Source: Eledone cirrhosa (taxonomy: Eukaryota). From it: a DNA stretch of 64,000 nucleotides. The translations under genes were made by a program, and so were the position numbers. Positions 33,161 through 48,299 of the stretch are shown here, piece after piece (position 1 is the first letter of the stretch; each line of letters starts with the position of its first letter). The notes under the pieces are model-generated. The model made no database searches. It was not told the DNA's origin and was given only the letters and a program-made list of their open reading frames with translations. The DNA lies in NCBI GenBank assembly GCA_964016885.1, contig OZ024741.1, forward strand, positions 331,638,001 to 331,702,000, written 5' to 3'.

Positions 33161-33353
33161 GCATAGATAGAAGTACATATAAAAAATATATTTTTCATAT
33201 TTATATACTTTATCTTTATAAAACTCACTCCCTCTCTAAATATACAACTAGACACATACACACATAAACACATACTCGCTCGCTCTCACATACACATATG
33301 TACATACACACACACATATATACACACACACACATATATACATACACACACAC

Positions 33354-33414
<61 letters not shown>

Positions 33415-33417
<3 letters not shown>

Positions 33418-34659
33418 GATGCGCATGGAGGATGACCGATGGGTGAAGAAGTGCCAGGAATTACCAGTTGAAGCTAGGTGTTGAGGAATGGCTTGTGAGG
33501 ACAGTGCAAACTTTGTACAGAGGTACTGTCAGTAAAGTCAGGGTAGGAATGGAGTTTAGTGAGGAATTCCAGATACAAGTAGGAGTACATCAGGGTTCGG
33601 TCCTCAGCCCGCTCTTGTTCATTATAGTCCTCCAAGCCATAACAGAGGAGTTTAAGACTGGCTGTCCATGGGAACTTCTCTATGCTGACGATCTGGTTCT
33701 TATAGCAGAATCAGTAAAGGAGCTAGAGAATAAATTCTGGCTATGGAAACAGCAGTTGGAAGCAAGAGGACTGAGAGTGAATCTAGCTAAGACAAAAGTG
33801 TTGATGAGTAGAAAAGAGGACAAAACCCTGATTCCATCAGGGAAATGGCCATGTTCGATATGCAGAAAAGGAACTGGCATAAATTCTATAAAATGCACAC
33901 AATGCAGATCCTGGGTACACAAGAGATGTAGCGGGATAGCAGGCAAACTAACAGGTAGGGAGAAATATGTATGCAGTAGATGTACAGGGAAATGAGACAG
34001 TAGAAGTCGCATTGATAGACACAGTTTTCAAATGCAGGAGGGCGCTATAGAAGTCGTGGATAGCTTCCGGTACCTAGGAGATCAGATTAGCATGGGAGGA
34101 GGGTGTTCCGAGGCCATAGTATCTAGAATAAGGACGGGTTGGAAGAAGTTTAGGGAGCTGCTTCCTCTGTTGACGAAGAAGGGTTTCTCCCTGCGTATGA
34201 AAGGCCGGTTGTATGATGCCTGTGTGAGGAGCGCGATGCTGCATGGTAGTGAGACATGGGCAGCAACTGCAGAGGATATGCGACGGCTGGAGAGAAATGA
34301 GGCAAGCATGCTCCGTTGGATGTGCAGTGTAAATGTGCGTGAACGACCCAGCATAAATGTGTTGAGAGAGAAACTGTGTCTGAGAGGGATAGAATGTAGT
34401 GTACGGGAGAGGAGACTAAGGTGGTATGGACATGTGATGCGCATGGAGGATGACCGATGGGTGAAGAAGTGCCAGGAATTGCCAGTTGAAGGAAGATGTG
34501 GTAGAGGTAGACCACGAAAAACATGGGCGGAGGTGGTGAGAACAGACCTCAGATCATTGAAGCTCACGGTGGAGATGACGAGGGACCGTGACGAGTGGAG
34601 AGATGCTGTGCTGAATAAGACCCGTCCCACCCTTGCAAGCAGGGAAAAGCGGATGTAAA

Positions 34660-34693
<34 letters not shown>
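33415..34693 (+). mobile_element. 5'-truncated RTE LINE, subfamily C
   Basis: ORFs 33468-33995 and 34032-34658 are in the same frame with one TGA; YADD; PHD-like insert; ORF runs directly into the (TGA)n tail. Confidence 0.95.
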
Positions 34694-34694
<1 letters not shown>

Positions 34695-34774
34695 ATACAT
34701 AGAAATGTATGTATATATATATACATAATAATAATTATGGTTTTATAAATATAGTTTCCATTTATTAATATAAT

Positions 34775-34963
34775 TGTTTCTACTTTAGGCACAAGGCCAG
34801 CAATTACTCAGTGCATTACTGGTACTTTATTTTATCGACCCCGTAAGGATGAAAGGCAAAGTCAACCTCGGCGGGATTTGAACTCAGATCGTAAAGGGAC
34901 GTAACTCTATGCTTCAAAGCATGGCGTCCGATCCTCTACTGATACTGCCAATCCACCGCCCTT
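34775..34963 (-). mobile_element. Young tRNA-derived SINE with 16-bp target-site duplication
   Basis: CATTTATTAATATAAT at 34759-34774 and 34964-34979. Confidence 0.9.
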
Positions 34964-34999
34964 CATTTATTAATATAATGTATATAAATATATAAACCT

Positions 35000-35543
35000 A
35001 TGAGTTCTGGTGGAGCCATAGGGCTGCCATAGTGACATACAGCATGTCTTGGACATTTAAAACTTGCTGAAGATCCCCCCACCTCCAGGTTTGAACAGAG
35101 TTGATCTCTTCTAAAGAAGGGGAGAGAGGGGGAGGGGTGAAAGAGAGTAAGAAAAAGAGGGAATGAAAGTGAGAGAGGGAGGAAGTGAAAGAGAGAGAGG
35201 GAAGAAGTGAAAGAGAGAGAGAGGGGGGTGGAGTGAAAGAGAGTAAGAAAAAGAGGAAGTGAAAGTGAGAGAGAGGGAGGAAGTGAAAGAGAAAGAGGGA
35301 GGAAGTGAAAGAAAGAGAGGGAGAAAGTGAAAGTGAGAGAGAGGAAGGAAGTGAAAGTGAGAGAGGGAGGAAGTGAAAGAGAGAGAGTGAATGAAAGAGG
35401 AAGTGAAAGTGAGAATGAGAGAGCGAGAGCGAGGGAGGAAGTGAAAGAGCAAGTGAAAGAGTGAGTGAGAGAGTGAATAAAAAAAGAGAGTGAGAGAGAA
35501 AGAGGAATTGAAAATGAGAGAGGGAGAGAGAGGAAAGGAAAGT

Positions 35544-35575
<32 letters not shown>

Positions 35576-35800
35576 GGAAAGGAAAGTGAGAGAGAGAGAG
35601 AGAGAGAGAGAGAGGGGGAGAGAGAGAGAGAGAGTGAAAGAGAGAGAGAGTGAGAAAAAGATATAGAGGAAGAATCAACCTCAGTAGTAGACTGGTACTT
35701 AATTTATTGACCTGCAAAGGATGAAAGGTAAAGTTGTCCTTACTAGGGTTTGAACTGAGAAAGCAGAGAGCTGAAATATATACTGTAAAACATTCTACCT
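35000..35800 (-). mobile_element. SINE with internally expanded GA-rich tract
   Basis: Tail at 35000-35115 and core domain at 35685-35757, separated by about 550 bp of GAGGAAGTGAAAGAGA-type repeats. Confidence 0.6.
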
Positions 35801-35804
35801 GATG

Positions 35805-37064
<1,260 letters not shown>

Positions 37065-38343
37065 AGCACGGCCTAGAGTCAAAAGGACTTAAAATTAACC
37101 TGGCTAAGACCAAAGTACTAGTTTGTAGGAAAGAAAACAAGGCGGCGGTCCCTTCTGGGAAATGGTCGTGCTCGGTGTGTAGGAAAGGCGTAGGTAGAAA
37201 CTCCATTTTATGTCCTAAATGCAAAGTATGGGTGCATAAAAGATGTAGTGGGATCACAGGTAGGCTAACTAAGAACATAGATTTTACATGTGGCCGGTGC
37301 TCTGGTGCAATAAGTAGCAGCAAGTGCCCACAAACTACTAGCTCTTTCAATTGCGCAGAGGGTTCTATAGAAATAGTGGACAGCTTCCGTTACCTGGGCG
37401 ATAAAATCAGCAGTGGGGGAGGGTGCTCTGAAAGTACTGTAGCTAGAGTCAGAACTGGTTGGAAAAAGTTCAGAGAGCTTATACCACTATTAGCTGCTAA
37501 AGGGTTCTCACTAAAAATGAAAGGCAGGTTGTACGATGCCTGCATACGAACAGCAATGCTGCATGGCAGTGAGACCTGGGCATTGTGTGCAGAGGATATA
37601 CGCAGACTAGAGAGGAACGAAGCTTGCATGCTCCGCTGGATGTGTAACAGTAATATACGTGAACGGCAAAGCATAAACGAACTAAGGAATAAATTAGAGA
37701 TAAGAGGGATCAGATGTTGTTTACTCGAGAGAAGGCTACGTTGGTATGGACACGTGATGCGCATGAAAGTCGATAGCTGTATAACAAAGTGCAGGGCAAT
37801 AAAGATAGACGGTAGTCACGGAATAGGCAGACCTAGAAAAACCTGGGACGAGCTGATAAACTCCGACATCACACACTTACACCTCTCCAAGACAATGTCA
37901 CTGGACCGAGACCTTTGGCGGTACTCAGTAACAGAGAAGACCCGCCTTACCTAAATATATAGTAAAACCTACTCCAGCCAGTAGGCATCTCTAACAAATA
38001 CACCCCGTCCCACCACCCCCACCCGATCCACACCACCCCGTTCTATGTAAAGTTATGTTGGTGCCGCGCCATCGAGGCCGAAACAAATGAGATCGTGTAG
38101 GTGTCACGACAAAAAAACACACAGTCCACGCTGTAATGTGGCCGTGTAGGCAACACGGTAAAAACCTCCCAGACCCACACTGTAAATGTGGTTGGTGTTA
38201 GGAAGGGCATCCAGCTGTAGAAAACCTGCCAGACAGTCCTATGCGAGCAAGACAATCACTCTTGCCTCAAGTGGGACTACCCCCGTCCAAACCCATGCAA
38301 GCGTGGAACACGGACGTTAAACGCTGATGATGATGATGATGAT
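37065..38343 (+). mobile_element. 5'-truncated RTE LINE, subfamily A
   Basis: Nearly identical to the reverse complement of 16356-17607. Confidence 0.95.
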
Positions 38344-38357
38344 ATGTATGTAAGTAT

Positions 38358-38408
<51 letters not shown>

Positions 38409-38762
38409 TATATATATATATATTCATATATACCTATACACCTTTGTATACAAGCAGGTGTGCACTCACGCAAACATACACACAGTCACACAGACACACA
38501 CACAAACATACACATACACCTTTGTTATCACTACTTGTCTAAATCTTTATCCACCTCCTCCTTCTCTCCTTTTACTATCACCCTGCCTTCTTCTCTTACC
38601 TCCCCTTCCTTCGATCTGTCGCCTCATCCTCCTTCCTCTCTCTCAGTAAGGACAAAAGTAAGTTTTGTTTAGCTTTTGCACATTTTGTATAATTTCTCTG
38701 TTGCAAAAGATCTCTCGACAGGATTCTGCTGTTATTCCACTGAACAAATCTTGAAAAATCTG

Positions 38763-38835
<73 letters not shown>

Positions 38836-38844
38836 TAATATCAT

Positions 38845-38875
<31 letters not shown>

Positions 38876-39064
38876 CATACACATTATATGTGGTGTTATA
38901 TAGTGGTGTGCAGGTATGTTGTGGTAGTGGCTATGTGTTAGTGATTTTTGCTCTGCTGAGTAGCTGCTGACACATACACACACTCATTCATTCACTCGCA
39001 CTAACAAACATTTATACATACATAAACATATATATATATATAAACATATATATATATATACATA

Positions 39065-39111
<47 letters not shown>

Positions 39112-40419
39112 TCATGCAAACTGGAGGTAAATTTAAAGAAAAAAAAAAGACAAAACACACACCTCTTTTACCAAGCTAGTGACATACACACATATATATA
39201 CCTATATATATTTGAACATATAGTCACCACAATGCAGTTAACTATAATAATAGTTGAATAAATTGGATAAAGTACCTTTGGAGACGGAAAATGTGGACAG
39301 AGATGCACACAGTGAATTGAAGCACACATCTTTTGGATGCGCGATTAATACTTACAAACATACGTAAAGTGGATGTAGATTTACAGGAAACAAAAAAGGA
39401 AACAGGGGGTGAAAACAAACTGCCCACCCCCTCTGACACACATACCACCTGTGAAAAAAGTCAGTCCAACCGTGACGATCCCATCTTTACTGAGATGATA
39501 GGCTGTGTGATAAGACAGATTCACCTGCTATTTCTAACAGGTGAAATTAACTCATAAGGGCCCCTAGGTGAGCTTGTGAAATCTACTGTGTAAGTTGTGC
39601 TGGAGACACACACATACATATGTATCTATAAACACACTCACATACATATGTATCTATAAACATATACACAAACACTTATATGCACACACACATACATATG
39701 TATTTATAAACACACAATTTGAAACTAAGAGAAAAGCAGAAAAGTAAGGCACAAACTAGTAACACACACACACACAAACATACAGACACACAAATATACT
39801 CATACAGACACACATACACACGTGCAGACACAAACACCCACATGCAGACACACACACACAAAGAAAAAACAAGGTGTACAGCTTCTTTATAGCAAATTCT
39901 TACCAAGGAAAATATTGAAGGAAAATCAGTCACTACACTCCACCCCTTCACACATACAGAGACTACCGCACACATATACATAGGTAGATATACACACATA
40001 CACACAGATACACTGAAACATACACACATATAGAAGCAAGCAATTGACAGATAAAAATACAGATACACACACACAGACACTGATATTCACACACACTCAC
40101 ACACACACCTATAGACGGGTACACACACATACAGACAGACAAACACACACAGAGGGCACTGGTGTGATTTTTACCAAAGGAAAATTGTAAAAAAAAAAAA
40201 ATAGAAAAAAAGAAAAGTAAAAGTAAAAAGAATAAAAACTAAAAAGAAAAGCTTGCTTGCCTGGAACAGTAAACTTAAGCCATAAGATTGAGGAACAACA
40301 ACAACTACAACAACAACAACAACAAAGTGTTCTGTGAGCAAGACCAATATATATATATAACACAAATTGGAGCAATCAGGCATGTCTTTCTTATTTTCTT
40401 TATTATTTATTATTGTTAT

Positions 40420-41455
40420 TCAAATCCCGCTGAGGTTAACTTCGCCTTTCATAAAATAAAGTACCAGTAATACACTGGGATAATTGCTGGCCTTGTGCCA
40501 AAAGTATAAACAATTATTTATTATTGTTATTATCATCATCATCATTATCATCATTAGGTTAGCTTAGCCTTTCATCCTTACCAAGTTGATAAAATAAAGT
40601 ACCAGTCATGCACTGGGGTTGATTGAATCGACTTTCCCCTACTCAAAATTGTTGATCTTGTGCCTAAATGAGAAACCAGGTGGATGGCAGTATTGGTAGA
40701 GAGTTGGACACCATGCTTTGCAGCATAGTTACGGCCCTTTACCGTCTGAGTTCAAATCCCGCCGAGTTTAACTTTACCTTTCATCCTTACGGGGTCGATA
40801 AAATAAAGTACCAGTAATGTACTGGGTAATTGCTGGCCTTGTGCCAAAAGTAGAAACAATTATTATTATTATTGACTGTATCGGTACAGGGTTGGACGCA
40901 ATGCTTTGCAGCATAGGGTTACGGCCCTTTACGGTCTGAGTTCAAATCCCGCCGAGGTTAACTTTGCCTTTTATCTTTACAGGGTTGATAAAATAAAGTA
41001 CCAGTAATGCACTGGGATAATTGCTGGCCTTGTGCCAAAAGTAGAAACAATTATTATTATTATCATTATCAGTAGAGTGTCAGACACCATGCTTTGCAGC
41101 ATAGAGTTATGACCCTTTACGCTCTGAGTTCAAATCCCGCCAAGGTTAACTTTGCCTTTCATCCTTATGGGGTCAATAAAATAAAGTACCAGTCACGCAC
41201 CGGGGTCGATTTAATCAAATTTCCCCCACCCCCCCAAAATTGCTGGCCTTGTGCCTATATAAGAAACCATTATTTGCTGGCTTGACAGAATCAGTAGAGC
41301 ATCGAAAAAATGTTTTGCAATATTTCTTCCTGTTTTTTTTATTTCTGAGTTGAAATCCCGCAAGGGTTAGCTTTGACTTTCATCTCTACGGGGTTGATAA
41401 AATAAAGTACCCCCTTCAAATTGCTGGCCTTGTGCCTAATATAGAAACAATTATT
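40420..41455 (+). mobile_element. Head-to-tail cluster of about 6 tRNA-derived SINE copies or fragments
   Basis: Repeated GAGTTCAAATCCCGCC..CCTTTCATCC..AAAGTACCAG..GGCCTTGTGCC units, mostly separated by (ATT)n. Confidence 0.88.
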
Positions 41456-41693
41456 TTGTTGTTTATATCTACAATATATTCCTTCTTACTTTGTTGTTGC
41501 TGTTGTTATTGTTGTTGTATTGTTGTTGTTGTTGTTATTGTTGTTGTTGTTGTTGTTGTTGTTCAGTGTTTGTTATTTTGTATATTTTGTATTAGTTTCA
41601 TTTTGTTTATTACTGTGACATGATCTGTCTGTCTTTCTCTCACTCTGTGTCTCTTTCTCTGTCACACACACTCGCACATATATATATGTTTGC

Positions 41694-41727
<34 letters not shown>

Positions 41728-41883
41728 CATCGTCATCATCATCGTCATCATTGTTTTTACATCCGTTTTTTCACACTTGAATGGGTTGGACAGATCCTTC
41801 TCAGCACAGCACGTCACGCTCCTTTATCATCTCCTCTGTGACTTTCAGTGATATATATATATATATATATCAAACACATATAC

Positions 41884-41954
<71 letters not shown>

Positions 41955-41999
41955 TATATACACACACATATACATATATATATATATATACACATATAT

Positions 42000-42043
<44 letters not shown>

Positions 42044-42144
42044 TCCTCTCTGATTCTGCACAGCAAGCTTGGTGTCTGTGAATGGTATGTGGCAGATGTG
42101 GAGGGAGGGTGGTGTCACATGTATGTCTATGTGTGTATCTATAT

Positions 42145-42745
42145 GGATGGTGGAGGGGGGGGTAGTGGTGGTGATGGTGGTGGTGGTGGTGGTGGTGGTT
42201 GTGGTGGTGGTGGTGGTGATGGTGGTGGTGGTGGTGGTGGTGGTGGTGGTGGTGGTGGTGGTAGTGGTGGTGATGGTGGTGGTGGTTGTGGTTGTGGTGG
42301 TGGTGATGGTTGTGGTGGTGGTAGTGGTGGTGATGGTGATGGTGGTGGTGGTGGTTGTGGTGGTGGTGGTTGTGGTGGTGGTGGTGGTAGTGGTGGTTGT
42401 GGTGGTGGTGGTGGTGGTTGTGGTTGTGGTTGTGGTTGTGGTGATGGTTGTGGTGGTGGTTGTGGTGGTGGTGATGGTGGTGGTTGTGGTGGTTGTTGTG
42501 GTGGTGGTAGTGGTGGTGATGGCGGTGGTGGTGGTGGTGGTTGTGGTGGTGGTGGTGGTGGTGGTGGTGGTGGTTGTGGTTGTGGTGGTGGTTGTGGTGG
42601 CAGTGGTGGTGGTGGTGGTGGTGGTGGTTGTGGTTGTGGTGGTGGTGGTGTGGTGGTGGTAGTGGTAGTGGTGGTTGTGGCGGTGGTAGTGGTGGTGGTT
42701 GTGGTGGTGGTGGTTGTGGCGGTGGTGTTTGTGGTTGTGGAAGTG
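42145..42745. repeat. (GGT)n-based microsatellite
   Basis: Direct inspection. Confidence 0.95.
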
Positions 42746-44079
42746 GTCGTGTGTGTGTATATGTTTATCTGAGTTGGGTGAGGCCTTATATGTGTATGTC
42801 TGTGTAAGGTGCGATATATGTGGGTAGATAGGATGTGATAGGGTGTGTGTAAATGTATGTATGTGTGTATGTGTGTCTGAGTATGTGTGTATTGATAGGG
42901 TATTATATGGTGTGTGTGTGTTTGTGTGTGTGTGTATCTATGTGTGTTTGAGATGAATTGTGTTTATGTGATATGGTGTGTATGTGAATGTGTAAGCAAT
43001 GTACTATATGCAAAGAATATAGAGAAGCATTGTTTAGTTCTAATATAGCTCTGATTGAGAAAACCTATGATCAAAGGTGGTCCACCTGTGGCCATCCCAT
43101 CTAGACATAATCTACCCTGGATTACAGAATCTAAGATGTTCTTTAACTTTCTAAGACAGCAGGGTTGATTTGTGGGAGATTTGGCTGTTATTTTTAGAAA
43201 ATTGTCTAACCATGTAGAAGCTCCTTTATTGGAGAGTTACTGTTGCTGTATAACCACAGTTCAAACTTGACAAAGACGATCTATGACCAACGACATTCCC
43301 TCTGTGACCATCCTACCTTATTTTCAGACACAGTGAGTCTACAACTACATTATTTTAATGTGTCTTTTCTTTTCCAAAATCGAATTGTGGCTGCTATTTC
43401 AAGTTCAACAAGTGACCACATTGAGGGTCCTTTTTGGACAACCCCAATTTTAAAATGAGATGATGTGAGAGATACCAGCAGAAAGGAAGGAGGGAAGATA
43501 GGGTGATAACGTATTCCTTCTGTGACCATCCTGTCTTTGTTTTCAAATATAGTGATTCGAGGATTATATTTTAAATAATTAATGAAGAATTTGGAAAGGA
43601 TTACTAAAATGAAATTATGATTCCATTTAGATGATATTTTTAACGTAACAAAATATCCTTAAATAAAATTACATTGGAAGGTTTGGGAAATATTTACTAA
43701 AATTATAAATTTCATTAAGGAGGTATTTCTAATGAAACACAATATTTTTTTAAAAATTATGTTGGGAGGTTTTAATTTACATAGGAACCTTTTAAAATGG
43801 GTGCTTTTTTTATTTCATAGAAACAGAGGCAGTTTAGGGCAAGTTTTTACCTAAAGGGTTAGGTTGTGTATGTTCCAAACTCCAACTTAAATAGCAATTT
43901 CCAAACTTGAGTAGTACCTGTCTGTCGTATAACAAGTAATTTTGGGAGTATACTTTTGCCACTGCGAGTAGCATCAAATAGTGTTATTCGGGTAAAATAA
44001 TTATAATTTTAATTATTCTAAATTTCATGGTGTTTGTACAAAATAATGAAATGAATGTATCTATGCATGAACCCGTAAC

Positions 44080-44790
44080 TTTTGATGGAGTTGTAAAGGC
44101 ACATGTCTTGGGCATTTTAAACCTGGCCAAGCCCATCCCATTTCTAGGTCTGAACACTGCCAATTTCTTTCTAAAAATGAGAACAAGTGATAGAGAAAGG
44201 AAATGAGAAAGAGATATAGTGGAAGAATCAACCCCACTACTGGACTAGCATTTTATTTTATTTACTTTGTAAGGAAGAAAGGCAAAGTTGATCTCAGTGG
44301 GTTTTGAAATGAGAGTGTGCAGAGAGCTGGGATGAATACTGCAAAGCATTATCTCTGATGTTCTAACAACTTTGCCAATTCCCCACCTAAATGAAATGGA
44401 TACTAACTTTGAAAATAAAGATACTTACTAACTTAAAATAACTAAATAAAACAAATAAAAATAAACAAACAAATAAATTATAATTTACAATGATTCATAA
44501 CATTGCATGCATGGTCCCATAACCCCAGAGGGAGTCGTAGGGACACCATATTGACAATCAGGGTTTCTAGAGCATCTTTAAACCTGGCAGAGCCCATCTC
44601 CTCTCCAGGTCTGAATACAGCAGATTTCTTCCAGAGAAAGATAGAGAATGAGAGAATAGAAGTGAGAAATAGATGAAATGGATGAAAGGCAAAGTTGACC
44701 TCGGTGGGATTTGAACTCAGAGAGCAGAGAGCCAGAACAAATACCACAAAGCATTCTAACTGATGTTTCTAATGACTGCGAATTCGCTGC
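44080..44790 (-). mobile_element. Two long-tail SINE copies (about 44080-44390 and 44500-44790)
   Basis: Reverse-complement similarity to 13370-13710. Confidence 0.65.
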
Positions 44791-45033
44791 CTATTCAAGA
44801 CATTACTTATACTGTGATAATTAGAGAGAAAATGAATAGAAATTGAGAAATTTTGGTTTAAAATAGATACATCGTATCCCTGCGTGTCGTAAAGAGCAAC
44901 TAAAAGGGAGCAGAGTCAGCAAAGGTATCTAGCTGTAAAACATTGCCTGAAAAGACCTGTCCAATTCATGCCAGCATGACAAGAAAAAGTCAACATAAAA
45001 CGATGATAATGATGACAGTGATGATAATATGTA

Positions 45034-45161
45034 CAGGGTGTTCTCCCTAATATATACTCTATGATAATAAATACATTGTTTATTAAGTTAGAAATAACAC
45101 TAATGGTTGAATATGAATACATTTCTTTTAAAATTTGAGTACAATTTTTGGGGACACTCTG
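45034..45161. mobile_element. Tc1/mariner-type MITE
   Basis: TA-CAGGGTGTTCTCC...GGGGACACTCTG-TA. Confidence 0.65.
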
Positions 45162-45504
45162 TATATGTGTGTGTGTGTGTGTGTGTATATGTATTTAAGT
45201 TTGTGTCTGTGTCTGTTTAAAAAAATGAAATTGTTAAAATAAGTACCAAACTTAAAAAAGTAAAAAGAAAGTTCTGGGGTTGATAGGATTAACTAAATCA
45301 AGGTGTTGCCCCAGTATGGCCGCAGTCTAATGAGTAAAACAATTAAATATATTTTCAATGTTTGTGAGAACTTCTGGTGTAATTTTCTAGCAAGCAGTCT
45401 CCAAGTGTTTATTGTTATAGTTTTGTTATTGTTGTCGTTATTGTTGGTATTATTATTGGTGATGTTATTGTTGTTATTATTGGTGATATTGTTATTGTAG
45501 TTAT

Positions 45505-46228
45505 TGGTGCTGGATTGGTATGATTTGCAGCATAGAGCTATGGCCCTTTAAGTTCTGAGTTCAAATCCTGCCGAAGTTAACTTTGCCTTTCATCCTTTCG
45601 GGGGTCGATAAAATAAAGTACCAGTAATGCACTGGGATAATTGCTGGCCTTGTGCCAAAAGTAGAAACAATTATTATTAGTGATGTTGTTATTGTAGTTA
45701 TTGGTGGTGAATTGGCAGAATCAGTAGAGCATCAGAGAAAATGCTTTGAGGCATATAGTTACTTGTGTTTACATTTTTTAGTTCAAATCCCACCGAGGCA
45801 AACTTTGCTTTTCATTCTTCCAAGTTCAATAAAATAAAGCACCAGTAATGTACTGGGGTCGATTCAATACACTTTCCCCGCCTTCCCCCAGATTATTGGC
45901 CATCTATTTGCAAATGACTACCACTCTCTATATATGTACTTTAATTAGAAACCATTTTTACAAATGTTGTTATTCTTGTTATTATTATCATTATTTTATT
46001 ATTGTTATAGGTAATTTTATTATTGTTATTGTAATAGGGCGGTGAATTGGCAGTATCGGTAGAGGGTTGGACGCCATGCTTTGACGCATAGAGTTACGGC
46101 CCTTGCAATTCTGAGTTCAAATCCCGCCGAGGTTAACTTTGCCTTTCATCCTTATGGGGTCGATAAAATAAAGTACCAGTAATGTACTGGATAATTGCTG
46201 GCCTTGTGCCAAAAGTAGAAACAATTAT
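45505..46228 (+). mobile_element. Three tandem tRNA-derived SINEs in a (TTA/TTG)n tract
   Basis: B-box and central domain at about 45555, 45780 and 46115. Confidence 0.85.
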
Positions 46229-46815
46229 TTTATTATTGTTGTTTTTGTTATTGTTGTTATTGTTAATACTACTTCTATACTTGTTGTTGTGTTGTTGTTG
46301 TTGTTTCTAGTTATCATTGTTTTTGTTAATGCTATTTTCTAAACTTGTTTTTGTATTATTATTGCTATTACTATACCTGTTGTTGTTGTTATAAAAGTTA
46401 ATGCCAGACAGGATGTGAAGTAGGGTGTGGGATAGGTGGGGGGCTGGTTTGTTTATTTTGTCCCAGCATGTGTATGTGTGTGTGTGTGAAAAGCAGCTTA
46501 CTAGATGAATAAATGAATGGATCATTAGACAAATGAATGAACTAAAGAAAAGGATGGATGGTTTGGTGAAAGGATGACTGGTTAGATAGACAGATAGATA
46601 GAGGATTAGATAGTTCTTCTTCTTCTTCTTCGCTCACTTATTCCTGAGAGGGTTGTAGGGGCAGAGTCCAATGGATAGATGGATGGCTGGCTGCCTGGAT
46701 GAGTGGTTCGATGGATGGATAGATAGATGCATGGATGGATAGATAGATGCATGGATGGTTAGATAGATAAATAGACAGAGATATAGACAGACAGACAGAG
46801 ATATAGACAGATATG

Positions 46816-47160
46816 TTTCTTTATTAGCCACAAGGGCACAAAAGAAGGGGACAAATATAAAGGGGGAAGTTTACATACAATAAAAACGTGTAAAATACTA
46901 TCACAAATGCAATTTAAAAAACAATCGATTTTCCCCAACACATACCCCCGAAAAAATGTGCAACCCTCATCTCCAGGAGTACGAAGAGTGGGTACCCCTT
47001 TTCTCTCTTCCTCTTTTTCCTCAACCTACAGGCTGATATAGAGAGAAGGCCCATTCACTCGGGCCATTCTTGCCACATTCACCCACCTTTCATAAAACTT
47101 GCTGGGGTACAGCACCTCTCTCTCCATCCTGATTCTTCTTCCAAAATGATATTTGAAAAA
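46816..47160 (-). mobile_element. 3' end of an L1/Tx1-like LINE in (GATA)n
   Basis: Minus-strand frame FFKYHFGRRIRMEREVLYPSKFYERWVNVARMARVNGPSLYISL* then UTR ending AATAAAGAAA; further 3' tips at 47182-47203 and 47258-47300. Confidence 0.55.
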
Positions 47161-47205
47161 ATAGATAGATAGATAGATAGATTTCTTTATTAGCCACAAG
47201 GGCGC

Positions 47206-47258
<53 letters not shown>

Positions 47259-47302
47259 TTCTTTATTTACCATAAAGGCATAAAAAGAAGGGACAAATAC
47301 AC

Positions 47303-47371
<69 letters not shown>

Positions 47372-48027
47372 CAGATTAATGGTTAGATCTCTGAATGGCT
47401 GGAAAGCTGGTTGGATAGACATATGGATAGATAGATGGATGGATGGAGAGGAGGAATGCAGAATGAGAAGAAGGGATTCTCTTATTGATTGACTCAGCAG
47501 AAAGTAAACTACAGTAATGTGGCATTTATTGCTGTGCTTGAGTCCAGCACAGTAGGACTTCTGCTCTGCTCTGTTGTGTTGTCTTCCCTTGTCTTCCCTT
47601 CATCCTGCCTGCTGTCATTGCTGTTTAACACAGTAAGTACATCAGAATTGCATCTAAAACTTTCATATGAACTCAGACACACAGATAAACAAAACATCAT
47701 ATATATATATATATTTTCTGTTTTTTGTTCTCTGTTTACTTATTAAACTATATATATATATACAGCCACTCAAACACTTTGATGAAATAATGAAATTGTT
47801 AGTATAGTACTGTTGTTGTGTGCATGTATTTATACATGCATATATATATATGTGTGTGTGCGTGTGTGTGTGAAGATATATATATATGTGTATATATATA
47901 GAGAGAGAGATAGAGTGACTCTGGAGTAACAAGGCTCACCACTTGTAACAGAAAAAGATTATTTAAACTCTACTTCAGTATTGAGCATTTTTTCTTGTCT
48001 ATCATCATCACACACATATATATATAC

Positions 48028-48058
<31 letters not shown>

Positions 48059-48299
48059 GAAAAATATGTAAAAACAATGAAGACGATGGTTTATTTGCAT
48101 ACTTTTGAGTTTCCAAACAAGAGGAACACAATACTAACAAAAAAAAGTATTTGTAAATATTTATTGTATATCTGAAATCACCCTCTGTTAGTAATCAGTT
48201 CTGCATATTATGCTTATCATGTATATATGTACACACATACATACATGCACACACACAAATATATATATATATATAGTGATATATATATATATATATCCA

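Noticed and set aside
42069-42807. Poly-V/G/W ORFs
   Set aside because: (GGT)n microsatellite
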